Shown: positions 11,876 through 31,793, counted from the stretch's first letter. The stretch is DNA of 64,000 bases from Campylobacterota bacterium (GCA_034661055.1 JAYEKO010000061.1:17502-81501), one strand, 5' to 3'. A program made the numbers and translations. Notes: generated by a model from the sequence alone, not told the origin.

Positions 11876-12202
11876 TTATGGCTCTTTTTTAATGAAACTA
11901 TAGCCAAGAGAGCCTAGCCCTAAGAACATCATAATAATAAGCATAAACTTCATCTGCTCTTTAGAGCGGTCAGTATAAACTTCTGTATAATCAGCTTTAC
12001 TCTGTTGTTTTGAAGTTGCTGTAGATGTACCGCTAGTGCGCGCTTCCATTCGTGCGACACGCTCTGCTGCACGCTGCTCAGTAACATTTACACCACTGCC
12101 ACTACTGTTTACCCAAAAAAAAGCTCCTAACCCTACCACTAGCAAAAAGGCACCCAAGGATCGCGACACAATTATCTGATTAGTTTTTAACCACTTTTTC
12201 AT
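11876..12202 (-). CDS. Hypothetical two-TM membrane protein
   Basis: 108-aa ORF with hydrophobic segments near both ends and a polar middle. Confidence 0.6.
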   Translation of the reverse strand: MKKWLKTNQIIVSRSLGAFLLVVGLGAFFWVNSSGSGVNVTEQRAAERVARMEARTSGTSTATSKQQSKADYTEVYTDRSKEQMKFMLIIMMFLGLGSLGYSFIKKEP

Positions 12203-12271
12203 TTATGAACCTAAAAAATATAATTAACCAGAATTATGCATCAATAGAAATTAAAAACATATAAAGGACAC

Positions 12272-14011
12272 CTAATGGCTAACTCTATTTCGTCCATCAG
12301 TTTTAGATTTATACAGAAGGTCATCTACTCTTTTAAAGACATCATCAATACTCTCTTCCCTTCGTAACTCCACCAAGCCAAGACTAATGGTTATCTGCTT
12401 TATTGTATCAAAAGAGTGCTCTTGTACATCTTCTCTTAATCGATGCGCAAACTGCTTTGCATCCTCAAGATCTGTGCCTGGTAAAATAATAATGAACTCT
12501 TCTCCACCATATCGTCCTACAATATCCGACTCTCGCAAATTCCTTTTTATTAAACTTGCTAGTGCAGTTAGAACACAATCGCCTACTGCATGTCCATATA
12601 TATCATTAACTTGTTTAAAAAAATCAATATCAAGCATTATAATAGATAACGACGTATCATATCTCTTGGAACGATTTATCTCCATAGCAAACTGCTCCAT
12701 TAATGAGTAACGGTTGTCTATCTGTGTGAGTGTATCTATAGTAGCTAACTTCTCAAAATCATTTTTTAATTTTTCAAGTTCACTGGTTCTATGTTCTACT
12801 TTTGATTCTAAAGTATCATTAAGTTGAAGTAGTTCATTTTTTTGAGTATTAATATTTTTTTTATAAATTGCAAAGTTCTCTTTTAATTTTTTTGTTAGGT
12901 AATAAGATGCCAGCAGTGAGATGAACATTACAATTAATGCAATATATAAGACATTATTAGACTTTAAAGATAAAAAACCATTAAGGTCCAGTTTCTGTTT
13001 TAAGATTTTACTATTAATATCTGATACATAAAATCCACTTCCTATAATCCAGTCGCTATTGGGTACTTTTTGTATGTAGGTATATTTGATTTCTACTTTA
13101 TTAGTAGATGGGTTTAACCACTCATAAGCTAGTTGAGCACTATCTTTATCACGTAGTTTTGATATGATATTATTAATGACAGACGTGGTGTTTTTATCTT
13201 TAATATCAGAAAGATTTTTACCCTCATATTCAGGTATAGACGCATTCATAAGTATCTTGCCCTTAGTACTAAGAACAAAGGTATAACTATTATTGACGGT
13301 ATTAATATATTTAAGTGTTGACAACAGGGTCTTATCTGTTTTTTTATTAGCCGTATCTAAATACTCTGCGGAACCAAAATACCAACTATAATGCCCAAAT
13401 GCTTTAACAAAAGCAACTTGCCTGTATTGACGGTCTGAATTTTCATTTGGCTTTGTAAATGTGTCCCACAAAAAACCCTCGCCTCTGCTTTTACACATAG
13501 CGATCTCTTCTTGAATAACATATCTCCCCATGGCATCTTGAAAATTAATAATAGAAGAGCCCTCTAAATTTTTTAAGTACTCTGGTGCAAGTTGAAACAC
13601 TCCTTCATAATCAACAATCCAGATAAAGCTCTCGCCAGCATTCCACAATAAAGGCTTTATTGCAGTTCTTATTCTACTTTTAATCTCTGTCTGTGTTTGT
13701 GTATCTTTATGCTCTTCATAAATTGATTGAGCAATAGCGTATGCTTTTTCTACACGCTGTTTAACTCGAATTTTCAAGCGATCTTGAAGAATAGATTTGC
13801 GATAGTTGATGACATCAGAGGTATTTTGAATCTTTATCTCTACTGCACTTTTCTCTATGTTAAATAAGTTCTCGGTAGTTTTTTCTAAATTGTTTTGAAA
13901 GTCTGTATTGTACATATGAATAAATGCAAAAGAGACTAAACCGATAATCAGTGGAATAAAAACAAGTGGAGCAAAAGTGATGATTTTTAGAAATAAATTT
14001 TCTCTGTTCAT
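12272..14011 (-). CDS. Cache-domain sensor diguanylate cyclase
   Basis: TM-periplasmic double Cache-like region (WYFGSAEY, WIIGSGFY)-TM-coiled coil; DIDFFKQVND, RESD I-site, RYGGEEF. Confidence 0.92.
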   Translation of the reverse strand: MNRENLFLKIITFAPLVFIPLIIGLVSFAFIHMYNTDFQNNLEKTTENLFNIEKSAVEIKIQNTSDVINYRKSILQDRLKIRVKQRVEKAYAIAQSIYEEHKDTQTQTEIKSRIRTAIKPLLWNAGESFIWIVDYEGVFQLAPEYLKNLEGSSIINFQDAMGRYVIQEEIAMCKSRGEGFLWDTFTKPNENSDRQYRQVAFVKAFGHYSWYFGSAEYLDTANKKTDKTLLSTLKYINTVNNSYTFVLSTKGKILMNASIPEYEGKNLSDIKDKNTTSVINNIISKLRDKDSAQLAYEWLNPSTNKVEIKYTYIQKVPNSDWIIGSGFYVSDINSKILKQKLDLNGFLSLKSNNVLYIALIVMFISLLASYYLTKKLKENFAIYKKNINTQKNELLQLNDTLESKVEHRTSELEKLKNDFEKLATIDTLTQIDNRYSLMEQFAMEINRSKRYDTSLSIIMLDIDFFKQVNDIYGHAVGDCVLTALASLIKRNLRESDIVGRYGGEEFIIILPGTDLEDAKQFAHRLREDVQEHSFDTIKQITISLGLVELRREESIDDVFKRVDDLLYKSKTDGRNRVSH

Positions 14012-14024
14012 TCTCTAGCCAACA

Positions 14025-14858
14025 CTACAAACGCTTCTGCTTCATTTGATAGATCTGTATATCATTGTTTTCAACAACATCTTTAAAAAGTTCACTCGGA
14101 GCAAATCCTGTAATATTTTGAAAGACCGTATTAAAATGTGCATTATCACTGTAGCGATATTGGATATCTTTGAGTTTTTTTGCTTCATCTACATATTTTA
14201 AAAATGTTTTACAGAACTTAGCAAGGTAAATAAAATTTTTTGGTGTCAATCCAATACACTTTTTAAACTGTCGCTCCATGGTTTTTCTTGTATATTTAAA
14301 CTCTTTCATCAATGCTACTATAGTCACATCAAAATGGTGATTATCGACAATGCTCTTCATAATATCTTCAATCAATAGATGCGTGTTGTTATTAGCTGCA
14401 TCCATCTCTATTAATGATTGATTTAAATAGTTAATCTCATCGTCTATAGTGTTATGTAAATAGAGCCTATTAAAGTAGGCATCAATAGTATCTTCAGACA
14501 TCACTATATTGCTTGTAGTAAGAACTGAAGCATCTTTAAAAAATAGTTTATAATACCCTATTGGCAGTAGTTCAACCAAAATAATCGGCAACAATACATT
14601 ATCTAAGTAAGCACCTCTATCGATAATAACTTTTTTTGCTTTACTAGCCTTCATCCCAATTGAGTAACCTGGTAGCATCTCATGACTCTCGCCTGTGTGA
14701 AACTTTATGGTTGCTTTAACACCTCGGTTAAAAACCAAAAAGTTACCGCCATTAGGTAAAAATAACATCGACTCTATAGCACCAATATCTTTAATTACAA
14801 AATACTGTTTCACAATATTTACTAATTTTTTATCTGGTGGATATATATCGTAAGTCAT
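14025..14858 (-). CDS. AraC-family transcriptional regulator
   Basis: C-terminal RKTMERQFKKCIGLTPK...YSDNAHFNTVFQNITGFAPSE double HTH. Confidence 0.85.
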   Translation of the reverse strand: MTYDIYPPDKKLVNIVKQYFVIKDIGAIESMLFLPNGGNFLVFNRGVKATIKFHTGESHEMLPGYSIGMKASKAKKVIIDRGAYLDNVLLPIILVELLPIGYYKLFFKDASVLTTSNIVMSEDTIDAYFNRLYLHNTIDDEINYLNQSLIEMDAANNNTHLLIEDIMKSIVDNHHFDVTIVALMKEFKYTRKTMERQFKKCIGLTPKNFIYLAKFCKTFLKYVDEAKKLKDIQYRYSDNAHFNTVFQNITGFAPSELFKDVVENNDIQIYQMKQKRL

Positions 14859-14964
14859 TAAGCCTCATATACTGTTTAGTTATATAAATTTTAACATAAT
14901 TGGTTTAAGTTGCAATTGTACCCATGCGACAAATAGTTAAAATTTACTTGTTTATGCCATAATT

Positions 14965-15696
14965 ATGAGTATGAATAGCTTATTAAAAGAGTGTGCACTT
15001 GATGAGAAGTGTGCTTATATTTCTGAAAATTCACAAACTACCCACTATAAAATTATTGAGCGCTGCAGTAAAGAGAAATGTGCAGTTCTTATTGAGAGAG
15101 GATGGCGACGTTTTGGTAATATGTTTTTTCGACCTATCTGTCAAGAGTGTAACTCGTGTGAAAGTATTAAAATTGATGTTGCCAACTATAAATTTTCTAA
15201 GTCACAGCGACGTGTACTAAAAAAGGCTCAACACTTTCAATCAAAACTGCAAGAACCCTCTATGAGCAAAGAACACCTTGCTCTATTTCTAAAGTATCAT
15301 CACCATATGGAACACAAACGTGAATGGGAAAATCATGGCGTTAGTGCCAATAGTTACTACTCCTCTTTTGTCCATGGATATGGGGATTTTGGTTATGAAA
15401 TACTGTATTATGATGATGACAAACTAATTGGTGTCGATTTAGTCGATATTTTACCTGATGGAATATCATCTATCTACTTCTACTATGATCCGGATTATGA
15501 GCCTTTTTCTTTGGGAACATATACCATTTTAAAACAGATTGAACTAGCCAAAGAGAAAAATTTAGCATGGATCTATTTGGGATACTACGTACAAGAGTGT
15601 CAAAGCCTTAACTATAAAAATCGCTACAAACCGTACCATACACTCCAAGGAAGACCTTCTGAACTCAATCTTCCTTTATGGTTACCATCAGTTTAA
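14965..15696 (+). CDS. bpt: Arginyltransferase-family protein (aspartate/glutamate leucyltransferase, N-degron pathway)
   Basis: GWRRFG, FRPICQECNSC, SSIYFYYDPDY..SLGTY, WIYLGYYVQECQSLNYK. Confidence 0.88.
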   Translation: MSMNSLLKECALDEKCAYISENSQTTHYKIIERCSKEKCAVLIERGWRRFGNMFFRPICQECNSCESIKIDVANYKFSKSQRRVLKKAQHFQSKLQEPSMSKEHLALFLKYHHHMEHKREWENHGVSANSYYSSFVHGYGDFGYEILYYDDDKLIGVDLVDILPDGISSIYFYYDPDYEPFSLGTYTILKQIELAKEKNLAWIYLGYYVQECQSLNYKNRYKPYHTLQGRPSELNLPLWLPSV

Positions 15697-15714
15697 TCAT
15701 GCTAAACTTTTTTT

Positions 15715-15942
15715 ATGATTGATAGAATAAAAAAAGAACTCACCATCTATGCAGCACTTTTAACGTTGCTTATATTTGTTATGCATCCAGATATGCTTAG
15801 TGATCCAACAGTCCGTCTTGCACTTATGCAAGAGAAAACAAATTACGTTCATCCGCTACTTTATACATTTTTTGTATTTTTAATAGTCTATTTTTTAAGA
15901 GCTATCGTTGGTTTTATAGTAAAATTTTTTAAAAAAGATTAA
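15715..15942 (+). CDS. Small hypothetical membrane protein
   Basis: 75 aa, two hydrophobic helices, MHPDML...HPLLY motifs. Confidence 0.6.
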   Translation: MIDRIKKELTIYAALLTLLIFVMHPDMLSDPTVRLALMQEKTNYVHPLLYTFFVFLIVYFLRAIVGFIVKFFKKD

Positions 15943-16008
15943 CTGTTTGAGTAGGTGTCAAAGCTACATGTAATTTACATGTAAATGTGTGAATGTCCTG
16001 CGACCCTG

Positions 16009-16027
16009 TGCTGAGAAGTTCTCAGCA
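16009..16027. terminator. Inverted repeat between convergent genes, downstream of fusA
   Basis: TGCTGAGAA-G-TTCTCAGCA; no clear U-tract. Confidence 0.4.
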
Positions 16028-16053
16028 TCAGTGTATAAATAAGGAGTTGACCC

Positions 16054-18144
16054 TTATCCGTTTCTTTTCTTCTGAATCTCTTCAGATACGTTGCGTGGAA
16101 CTTCTTCATAGTGATCAAATTCCATAGAGTATGTTGCACGACCTTGAGTTGCAGAACGTAGGTCAGTTGAGTAACCAAACATCTCAGCAAGTGGTACAAA
16201 TGCATCAACAATCTTGTTACCTGAACGGTCACCCATTGAGTTAACTTGACCACGACGACGGTTAAGGTCACCAATAACGTCACCCATGTACTCTTCAGGA
16301 ACTTCAACTTCAACTTTCATTAGTGGTTCAAGAATTGAAGGTGATGCCTTACGACACGCCTCTTTAAATCCCATTGATGCAGCTAGTTTAAACGCCATCT
16401 CATTCGAGTCAACATCGTGGTATGAACCATCATAAAGTGTTACATCAATATCTTCCATTGGATAACCAGCAAGAACACCAGTCTGCATCGTTTCAGCACA
16501 ACCTTTTTCAACTGCAGGAATATACTCTTTTGGAACTGCCCCACCTTTAATCTCATTGTGGAAAACAAATCCTGTATCAGGCTCACCCGGCTTAACTCTA
16601 AGGTAAACATGACCAAACTGACCACGACCACCTGACTGCTTAGCGTATTTGTACTCTTGTTGTACCTCGTCTTTAATAGACTCACGGTAAGATACCTGAG
16701 GAGCACCTACTTCAGCTTCAACTTTGAACTCACGGAACATTCTATCTACAAGAATCTCAAGGTGTAGTTCACCCATTCCTGAAATAATAGTCTGACCGGT
16801 CTCTTCATCAGTATGAACTCTAAAAGATGGATCTTCAGCTGCTAGTTTAGAGAGGGCAATACCCATTTTTTCTTGGTCAGCTTTAGTTTTTGGCTCAACA
16901 GCAACAGAGATAACCGGATCTGGGAAATCCATTCTCTCTAATACTACTTTATCTTCAGGAGCACATAGTGTATCTCCCGTAGTTGTAGATTTAAGACCAA
17001 CAACCGCACCAATTTCACCAGCATAAATAGTTTTTACTTCTTCACGTTTAATCGCATGCATTTTTACAATACGGCCGATACGCTCTTTTTTATCTTTTGT
17101 AGTATTGTGAACATATGAACCTGAGTCTAATGAACCACGATATACACGAATAAAAGTAAGAACACCAACAAATGGATCGGTCATAATTTTAAATGCTAAT
17201 GATGCAAATGCACCTTCATCACTTGACTCAACTGCAACTTCAGCTTCTTCATCTTCCATCATAGTACCTTTGATGGCTTCTGATTCAACTGGAGATGGAA
17301 GGTAAGCAACAACAGCATCAAGAAGTGTCTGAATACCTTTGTTTTTAAATGCAGTACCACACGCCATTGGAACGATTGCCATACCAATAGTAGCTGCTTT
17401 AATTCCTGCAACGATCTCGTCTTCAGAAATCTCTTCACCCTCTAAAAACTTTTCAGCAAACTCTTCGTTTCCATCAACTTCAGAGATAGACTCTAGTAGT
17501 TTTTCTCTGTACTCTTCAGCTCTATCTTGCAGGTTAGCAGGAATCTCTTCTACATGGTAGTTAGAACCCATTGCAGCATCTTTATCCCATACAATTGCTT
17601 TCATTTTTACAAGATCGACAACACCGTCAAATTGATCTTCAGCACCAATTGGAATCTGAATAGGAACCGGATTACCTTTTAGACGCTCACGAATTTGAGT
17701 TTCAACTTCAAAGAAATCTGCACCTGTTCTATCCATTTTGTTAACAAAAACAATAGATGGCACTTTATAACGGTTACGTTGACGCCATACTGTCTCTGAT
17801 TGAGGCTGAACCCCACCAACAGCACAAAATACTGAAACAGCGCCATCAAGAACACGCATAGAACGTTCAACTTCAATAGTAAAGTCAACGTGACCCGGAG
17901 TATCGATGATATTGATCTGTTTACCAGACCACTCACAAGTTGTTGCAGCAGAAGTAATGGTAATACCACGCTCTTGCTCTTGTTCCATCCAGTCCATAGT
18001 GGCAGCACCATCATGAACCTCACCTATTTTATGCTCTACACCTGTGTAGAATAAAATACGCTCTGTTGCAGTAGTCTTACCCGCATCAATGTGCGCAGCA
18101 ATACCAATGTTTCTTACATCTTCTAATTTATGAGATCTTGCCAT
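16054..18144 (-). CDS. fusA: Elongation factor G
   Basis: [26 protein letters not shown]; 696 aa. Confidence 0.99.
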   Translation of the reverse strand: MARSHKLEDVRNIGIAAHIDAGKTTATERILFYTGVEHKIGEVHDGAATMDWMEQEQERGITITSAATTCEWSGKQINIIDTPGHVDFTIEVERSMRVLDGAVSVFCAVGGVQPQSETVWRQRNRYKVPSIVFVNKMDRTGADFFEVETQIRERLKGNPVPIQIPIGAEDQFDGVVDLVKMKAIVWDKDAAMGSNYHVEEIPANLQDRAEEYREKLLESISEVDGNEEFAEKFLEGEEISEDEIVAGIKAATIGMAIVPMACGTAFKNKGIQTLLDAVVAYLPSPVESEAIKGTMMEDEEAEVAVESSDEGAFASLAFKIMTDPFVGVLTFIRVYRGSLDSGSYVHNTTKDKKERIGRIVKMHAIKREEVKTIYAGEIGAVVGLKSTTTGDTLCAPEDKVVLERMDFPDPVISVAVEPKTKADQEKMGIALSKLAAEDPSFRVHTDEETGQTIISGMGELHLEILVDRMFREFKVEAEVGAPQVSYRESIKDEVQQEYKYAKQSGGRGQFGHVYLRVKPGEPDTGFVFHNEIKGGAVPKEYIPAVEKGCAETMQTGVLAGYPMEDIDVTLYDGSYHDVDSNEMAFKLAASMGFKEACRKASPSILEPLMKVEVEVPEEYMGDVIGDLNRRRGQVNSMGDRSGNKIVDAFVPLAEMFGYSTDLRSATQGRATYSMEFDHYEEVPRNVSEEIQKKRNG

Positions 18145-18155
18145 AATTTATCCTA

Positions 18156-18668
<513 letters not shown>

Positions 18669-18754
18669 TTAACTACGTTAACACTCGGTTAATCATTTAC
18701 TCAAAGATTTTTCAATCTCTGTTATTCTTTTACTTATTTATTTAGTAAAACAGC

Positions 18755-19129
18755 CTATTTTTTAGGTTTCTTTGTACCGTACTTAGAACGTGCAACCATA
18801 CGGTTAGCAACACCAGCAGTATCAAGTGCACCACGAACGATGTGATACTTAACACCCGGTAAATCTTTAATACGACCACCACGAACAAGAACAATTGAGT
18901 GCTCTTGAAGGTTATGACCCTCACCACCGATATATGAGATAACTTCAAAACCTGAAGTTAAACGAACTTTAGCAACTTTACGAAGTGCCGAGTTTGGTTT
19001 TTTAGGTGTAGTTGTGTAAACACGTGTACATACACCACGACGCTGTGGACAGCTAACAAGCGCAGGTGATTTAGATTTTTTAATCACTTGTTTACGCTCT
19101 TTACGAATCAATTGATTGATTGTAGGCAT
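18755..19129 (-). CDS. rpsL: 30S ribosomal protein S12 (start MPTINQL)
   Basis: [25 protein letters not shown]. Confidence 0.99.
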   Translation of the reverse strand: MPTINQLIRKERKQVIKKSKSPALVSCPQRRGVCTRVYTTTPKKPNSALRKVAKVRLTSGFEVISYIGGEGHNLQEHSIVLVRGGRIKDLPGVKYHIVRGALDTAGVANRMVARSKYGTKKPKK

Positions 19130-19277
19130 GTTTTTCCTTTGTGTATTTTTTCCAGTAGAATGATAATCTCTTGATTTCAAGGACTATTAAACGCGTGATT
19201 ATAGTTAAATATAGATAAAAAATAGCTTATTTTAAGCAATTATTAATATTTTATGAATTGAGAGGGAAGAAAAGAGA

Positions 19278-19316
19278 TAGATTAAAGGCACTTCTAAAGA
19301 GAAGCACTTTAATCTA
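19278..19316 (-). terminator. Hairpin/terminator downstream of rpoC
   Basis: TAGATTAAAG..CTTCT-AAAG-AGAAG..CTTTAATCTA followed on the - strand by a pyrimidine-rich run. Confidence 0.6.
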
Positions 19317-19342
19317 AATTTACATGTAAATGAAGTTAATAG

Positions 19343-28100
<8,758 letters not shown>

Positions 28101-28207
28101 TCACAAACCGACGCAAGTCAGCTTATGAAAGTACCCAAGAAAAGCACGTTAAGGATGCATAAGAAAAAAAACTAGATTTTTTTCTTATGTCACGCCTTTA
28201 AGCGAAA

Positions 28208-28582
28208 CTATTTAATTTCGGCAGTTGCACCAGCTTCTTCAAGCTGCTTTTTAGCTTCTTCAGCATCTTCTTTAGATACGCCTTCTTTAATTGTTGAAGG
28301 TGTAGCTTCTGCAGCTTCTTTAGCTTCTTTTAGTCCAAGACCTGTAAGAGCACGAACTGCTTTAATAACGTTAATTTTCTTAGCGCCACAGTCAGTAAGA
28401 ACTACATCAAACTCAGTTTTCTCTTCAGCAGCTCCACCAGCGTCACCACCAGCTCCACCAGCAACCGCTACAGGTTGTGCAGAAACACCAAATTTCTCTT
28501 CGAATTCTTTAACAAGCTCAGAAAGCTCAAGTACAGATAGGTTAGAAATAAATTCTAATACGTCTTCTTTAGTTACAGCCAT
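28208..28582 (-). CDS. rplL: 50S ribosomal protein L7/L12
   Basis: [35 protein letters not shown]. Confidence 0.99.
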   Translation of the reverse strand: MAVTKEDVLEFISNLSVLELSELVKEFEEKFGVSAQPVAVAGGAGGDAGGAAEEKTEFDVVLTDCGAKKINVIKAVRALTGLGLKEAKEAAEATPSTIKEGVSKEDAEEAKKQLEEAGATAEIK

Positions 28583-28609
28583 AATTATGACTCCTTTATT
28601 TTATTTTAT

Positions 28610-28633
28610 AAAATGAAGGAAAACCTTCATTTT
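28610..28633. other. Perfect hairpin between rplJ and rplL
   Basis: AAAATGAAGG-AAAA-CCTTCATTTT, abutting repeat copy 1. Confidence 0.6.
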
Positions 28634-28634
28634 G

Positions 28635-28702
28635 TACGCAATCTAAACAAAGTCTAGATTACTACGCTAACGCTAAGTTCTCTTCAGCAGAGAGCTCACG
28701 CA
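28635..28702. repeat. Two-hairpin intergenic repeat, copy 1 (rplJ-rplL)
   Basis: TACGCAATCTAAACAAAGTCTAGATTACTACGCTAACGCTAAGTTCTCTTCAGCAGAGAGCTCACGCA; close matches at 30648 and 31691. Confidence 0.9.
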
Positions 28703-28720
28703 ACTTGTTGCTTTTTATAA

Positions 28721-29206
28721 TTAAGAAGCTTCAGCTTCTAACTTTTCTTTAAGTGCATTAATTCCAATAGTGAAATTCTGTACTGGTGCCATCCAAGTAG
28801 CTGCAAGCATACCAAGAAGTTCTTCGCGACCAGGTAGTTTAGCAAATGCTTCAACTTTAGCAGCATCACTAGCTTCACCATCAATGTATGCAGTTCTAAT
28901 TACAAGTTTTTCATTTTTCTTCGCAAATTCTGATACAGTCTTTGCTGCTGAAATTGAATCTTCTCCCCAAATAAAAATATTTGTGTCAGTGATTTCAATA
29001 CCAGTCATATCAGCATTTTTAAGTGCAATTGTTGCTAAAGTATTTTTAACAACTTGTACTTTTGCCTCTTTGCCTCGTGCAATATCACGTAACTCTTCTA
29101 ATTCAGAACAAGTAAGTCCACGATAGTCGCACATAACAACACAGCTTGAATCTTTGAATTCACTTGTAAGCGTATCTACGATTACTGCTTTTTGTGATTT
29201 AGTCAT
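28721..29206 (-). CDS. rplJ: 50S ribosomal protein L10
   Basis: DYRGLT, VVKNTL, LPGREELLGML; position in rplKAJL. Confidence 0.98.
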   Translation of the reverse strand: MTKSQKAVIVDTLTSEFKDSSCVVMCDYRGLTCSELEELRDIARGKEAKVQVVKNTLATIALKNADMTGIEITDTNIFIWGEDSISAAKTVSEFAKKNEKLVIRTAYIDGEASDAAKVEAFAKLPGREELLGMLAATWMAPVQNFTIGINALKEKLEAEAS

Positions 29207-29214
29207 TATTTCTC

Positions 29215-29300
29215 CTCTCCAGACTTTATAACTTCCAGAAGGGCGGATAAACTCCGTTTAAGCAGATGCCCCTAGCTTTCTCTAGTCCATAAAATTCAGA
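29215..29300 (-). ncRNA. Probable L10 leader (r-protein autoregulatory cis element)
   Basis: GC-richer structured 5' UTR of rplJ (AGAGAAAGCUAGGGGCAUCUGCUUAAACGGAGUUUAUCCGCCCUUCUGGAAG) resembling the L10-leader layout; judged by eye, no covariance model run. Confidence 0.55.
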
Positions 29301-29360
29301 TTCTAACAGGTAAAATCTTTACTGTAACATCCAACGATGTAACAATAAAAACAGTGCCAT

Positions 29361-29399
29361 AAATGAAATTTACATGTAAATGAAATTTACATGTAAATT
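29361..29399. repeat. Tandem pair of TTTACATGTAAA palindromes (17-bp period) after rplA
   Basis: AAATGAAATTTACATGTAAATGAAATTTACATGTAAATT; exact 12-mers at 29369 and 29386. Confidence 0.9.
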
Positions 29400-29406
29400 A
29401 TATAAC

Positions 29407-30102
29407 TTACTTAACGTCAGCTATCTCATTTAGATCGAATTTAACTGCCGGACTCATAGTTAGTGAGAGTGCAGCATTTTTAATGTAACGACCTTTTGCA
29501 GATGCAGGTTTTTGCTTGTTAATTGCAGAAACAAATGCAAGGATATTTTCATTAAGTTTATCTGTATCAAAACTAGCTTTACCGATACCAGCGTGAATGT
29601 TACCTTTTTTGTCAACACGGAACGCCACTTGGCCGCCTTTTACGTTGTTAACAGCAGTAGCAACATCTGGAGTTACCGTACCAGTTTTAGGGTTAGGCAT
29701 TAGACCTTTTGGCCCTAGAATACGACCGATTTTACCTACTAGACCCATACAATCAGGTGCAGCAACAACGATGTCGAAGTTGAAGATACCCTCTTGAATC
29801 TGTTCTACTAAGTCATCAGTACCAACAATATCTGCACCTGCTGCTTTAGCTTCATCAGCTTTAGCACCTTTAGCAAATACAGCAACACGTACAGTTTTAC
29901 CTGTACCGTTAGGAAGTACAATTGCACCACGAACCATCTGGTCAGCGTGGCGTGGATCAACGTTAAGATTCATTGCGATCTCAACAGTCTCATCAAATTT
30001 TGCAGATTTCAAAGTTTTTACAACTTCAGAAGCCTCTGCGATAGTATAGTTTTTAGTTGTATCAATTTTTTCAATTAATTGCTTGTAACGTTTACTTGCC
30101 AT
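29407..30102 (-). CDS. rplA: 50S ribosomal protein L1
   Basis: [29 protein letters not shown]. Confidence 0.99.
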   Translation of the reverse strand: MASKRYKQLIEKIDTTKNYTIAEASEVVKTLKSAKFDETVEIAMNLNVDPRHADQMVRGAIVLPNGTGKTVRVAVFAKGAKADEAKAAGADIVGTDDLVEQIQEGIFNFDIVVAAPDCMGLVGKIGRILGPKGLMPNPKTGTVTPDVATAVNNVKGGQVAFRVDKKGNIHAGIGKASFDTDKLNENILAFVSAINKQKPASAKGRYIKNAALSLTMSPAVKFDLNEIADVK

Positions 30103-30199
30103 TACTTTAATCTCCTGTTATATTTCAGTGCCGCAGTTTTTTTATATCTTTGCGGTCGAAGATAGTATTTAATTAACTCTTTAATATCTAAATAGATAT

Positions 30200-30625
30200 T
30201 TAGTCTACGATTTCAATACCCATTGAACGCGCTGAACCTGCAAGTGTATTAGCAGCCATCTCTTCGTCGCTAGTATTTAAATCTTCGATTTTAGCTTTAA
30301 CAACTTCCATCAATTGAGCTTTAGTGATTTTTCCAACTTTATTTTTAAGTGGATTGTCAGTACCCTTTTTAAGACCTGCAGCTTTCATTAGTAGAGCTGA
30401 TGCCGGTGGTTGTTTTGTGATAAAAGAGAAACTTCTATCTGCATACACTGTAATTACTACAGGTACTTTGAACCCCATTTTATCTTTTGTTTTTTCATTG
30501 AATGCTTTACAGAATTCCATGATATTAACACCACGCTGTCCTAATGCTGGACCAACCGGTGGTGCCGGGTTAGCTTTACCTGCATCGATCTGCAGTTTGA
30601 TATAATCCATAACTTTTTTTGCCAT
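30200..30625 (-). CDS. rplK: 50S ribosomal protein L11 (start MAKKV)
   Basis: [22 protein letters not shown]. Confidence 0.99.
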   Translation of the reverse strand: MAKKVMDYIKLQIDAGKANPAPPVGPALGQRGVNIMEFCKAFNEKTKDKMGFKVPVVITVYADRSFSFITKQPPASALLMKAAGLKKGTDNPLKNKVGKITKAQLMEVVKAKIEDLNTSDEEMAANTLAGSARSMGIEIVD

Positions 30626-30647
30626 TGTGCTTCCTTTCATTGTTTGA

Positions 30648-30715
30648 TACGCAATCTGAACATGTCCAGATTACTACGCTAACGCTAAGTTGTCTTCAGC
30701 AGACGGCTCAACGCA
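30648..30715. repeat. Two-hairpin intergenic repeat, copy 2 (nusG-rplK)
   Basis: TACGCAATCTGAACATGTCCAGATTACTACGCTAACGCTAAGTTGTCTTCAGCAGACGGCTCAACGCA. Confidence 0.9.
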
Positions 30716-30767
30716 CTAATGCGTTTAGCTCATAGTCTAAAAGAACTACTTTTACTTACGTAATTTT

Positions 30768-30813
30768 TCTACGCTAAGGCTAAACTTTGAATAAAGGCTA
30801 GGCTTAGCGTAGA
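30768..30813. repeat. Inverted repeat directly after nusG sharing the CTACGCTAA core of the two-hairpin repeat
   Basis: TCTACGCTAAG...CTTAGCGTAGA arms. Confidence 0.7.
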
Positions 30814-30819
30814 TTTAAC

Positions 30820-31347
30820 TTAAATTATTTTTTCTACTTGTGTGAATGAGATGTCCACTGGTGTGCTTCGACCAAAAATAAGAACATTTAGTTTTAGTGT
30901 TCCATGCTCTAAATCATAATCATCAACAGTACCTGTAAAGTTTGCAAATGGACCGTCAATAATACGTACTGTCTCACCCATATCAAAAAATACTTTTGGT
31001 TTTGGTGCAGCACGGTTTTGTACACGATCAAGGATAACTTCAACATCGTGCTGAGCTAAAGGTGTTGGTATATTAGATTCTCCAATAAAACCAGAAACCT
31101 TTGGAATTCCCTGAATCATATGTTGAATATTTGTATCTAAATCAATCTTAGCAAATACATACCCTGAGTAAAGTGAACGCTCAGAAATTTTCTTGTTGCC
31201 ATCTTTAATCTCAATAACATCTTCTGTAGGAACAACAACTTCAACAATTTTTTCTTGTAAAGAGTACTCTTCTATTAAGTTAAGAATAGCCTCTCTTACT
31301 TTACGATCACTTCCATAGGTCTGGATTGAGTACCACTCATGTGCCAT
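30820..31347 (-). CDS. nusG: Transcription termination/antitermination factor NusG
   Basis: WYSIQT, YSGYVF, KOW motif [24 protein letters not shown]. Confidence 0.98.
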   Translation of the reverse strand: MAHEWYSIQTYGSDRKVREAILNLIEEYSLQEKIVEVVVPTEDVIEIKDGNKKISERSLYSGYVFAKIDLDTNIQHMIQGIPKVSGFIGESNIPTPLAQHDVEVILDRVQNRAAPKPKVFFDMGETVRIIDGPFANFTGTVDDYDLEHGTLKLNVLIFGRSTPVDISFTQVEKII

Positions 31348-31355
31348 ATTCTCTC

Positions 31356-31538
31356 CTAACCTAAAATTACTGACAGTGTTGAAGACATAATTAAGTCTAC
31401 TAAAGCTAAAAATAGAGCAACAAACGTAACTACCATAAACACAGCAATAAATGCTTGACGCACCTGAGCTTTTGTCGGGAAAATTACTTTTGTTAATTCT
31501 GATTTAGCATTTCTAAATGCTGTTGTAATACCATTCAT
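31356..31538 (-). CDS. secE: Preprotein translocase subunit SecE
   Basis: ELTKVIFPT plus single TM; between tRNA-Trp and nusG. Confidence 0.95.
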   Translation of the reverse strand: MNGITTAFRNAKSELTKVIFPTKAQVRQAFIAVFMVVTFVALFLALVDLIMSSTLSVILG

Positions 31539-31604
31539 ATCTTCTGTCCTAAAATTAACATTTCCAATAACTAAAGCTCAAAAGCTTTACTGATTGAACA
31601 TGGG

Positions 31605-31680
31605 TGGCAGGCGTAGAGAGACTCGAACTCCCAACACCCGGATTTGGAATCCGGTGCTCTACCATTGGAGCTATACGCCT
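31605..31680 (-). tRNA. tRNA-Trp (CCA)
   Basis: AGGCGTA...CCGGA-TTCCAAA-TCCGG...GTTCGAG...TACGCCT-G-CCA, 76 nt. Confidence 0.97.
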
Positions 31681-31690
31681 TTGTTTTGTA

Positions 31691-31760
31691 AACGTAATCT
31701 GAACAAAGTCCAGCTTACTACGCTAACGCTGAGTTTCTCTCGGCGAGAAGCCCAAATCGC
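31691..31760. repeat. Two-hairpin intergenic repeat, copy 3 (rpmG-tRNA-Trp)
   Basis: AACGTAATCTGAACAAAGTCCAGCTTACTACGCTAACGCTGAGTTTCTCTCGGCGAGAAGCCCAAATCGC. Confidence 0.85.
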
Positions 31761-31793
31761 TAGCAATTTTTCGAGAAAAGTACTATAGTTAAA

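Noticed and set aside
30131..30155. CCGCA...TGCGG hairpin upstream of rplA as an L1-binding leader
   Set aside because: Position fits, but the L1-site internal-loop consensus could not be recognised by eye; left uncalled.
28635..31760. Three-copy repeat as a CRISPR array
   Set aside because: Copies are 1-2 kb apart, separated by housekeeping genes, with no regular spacers and no cas genes.
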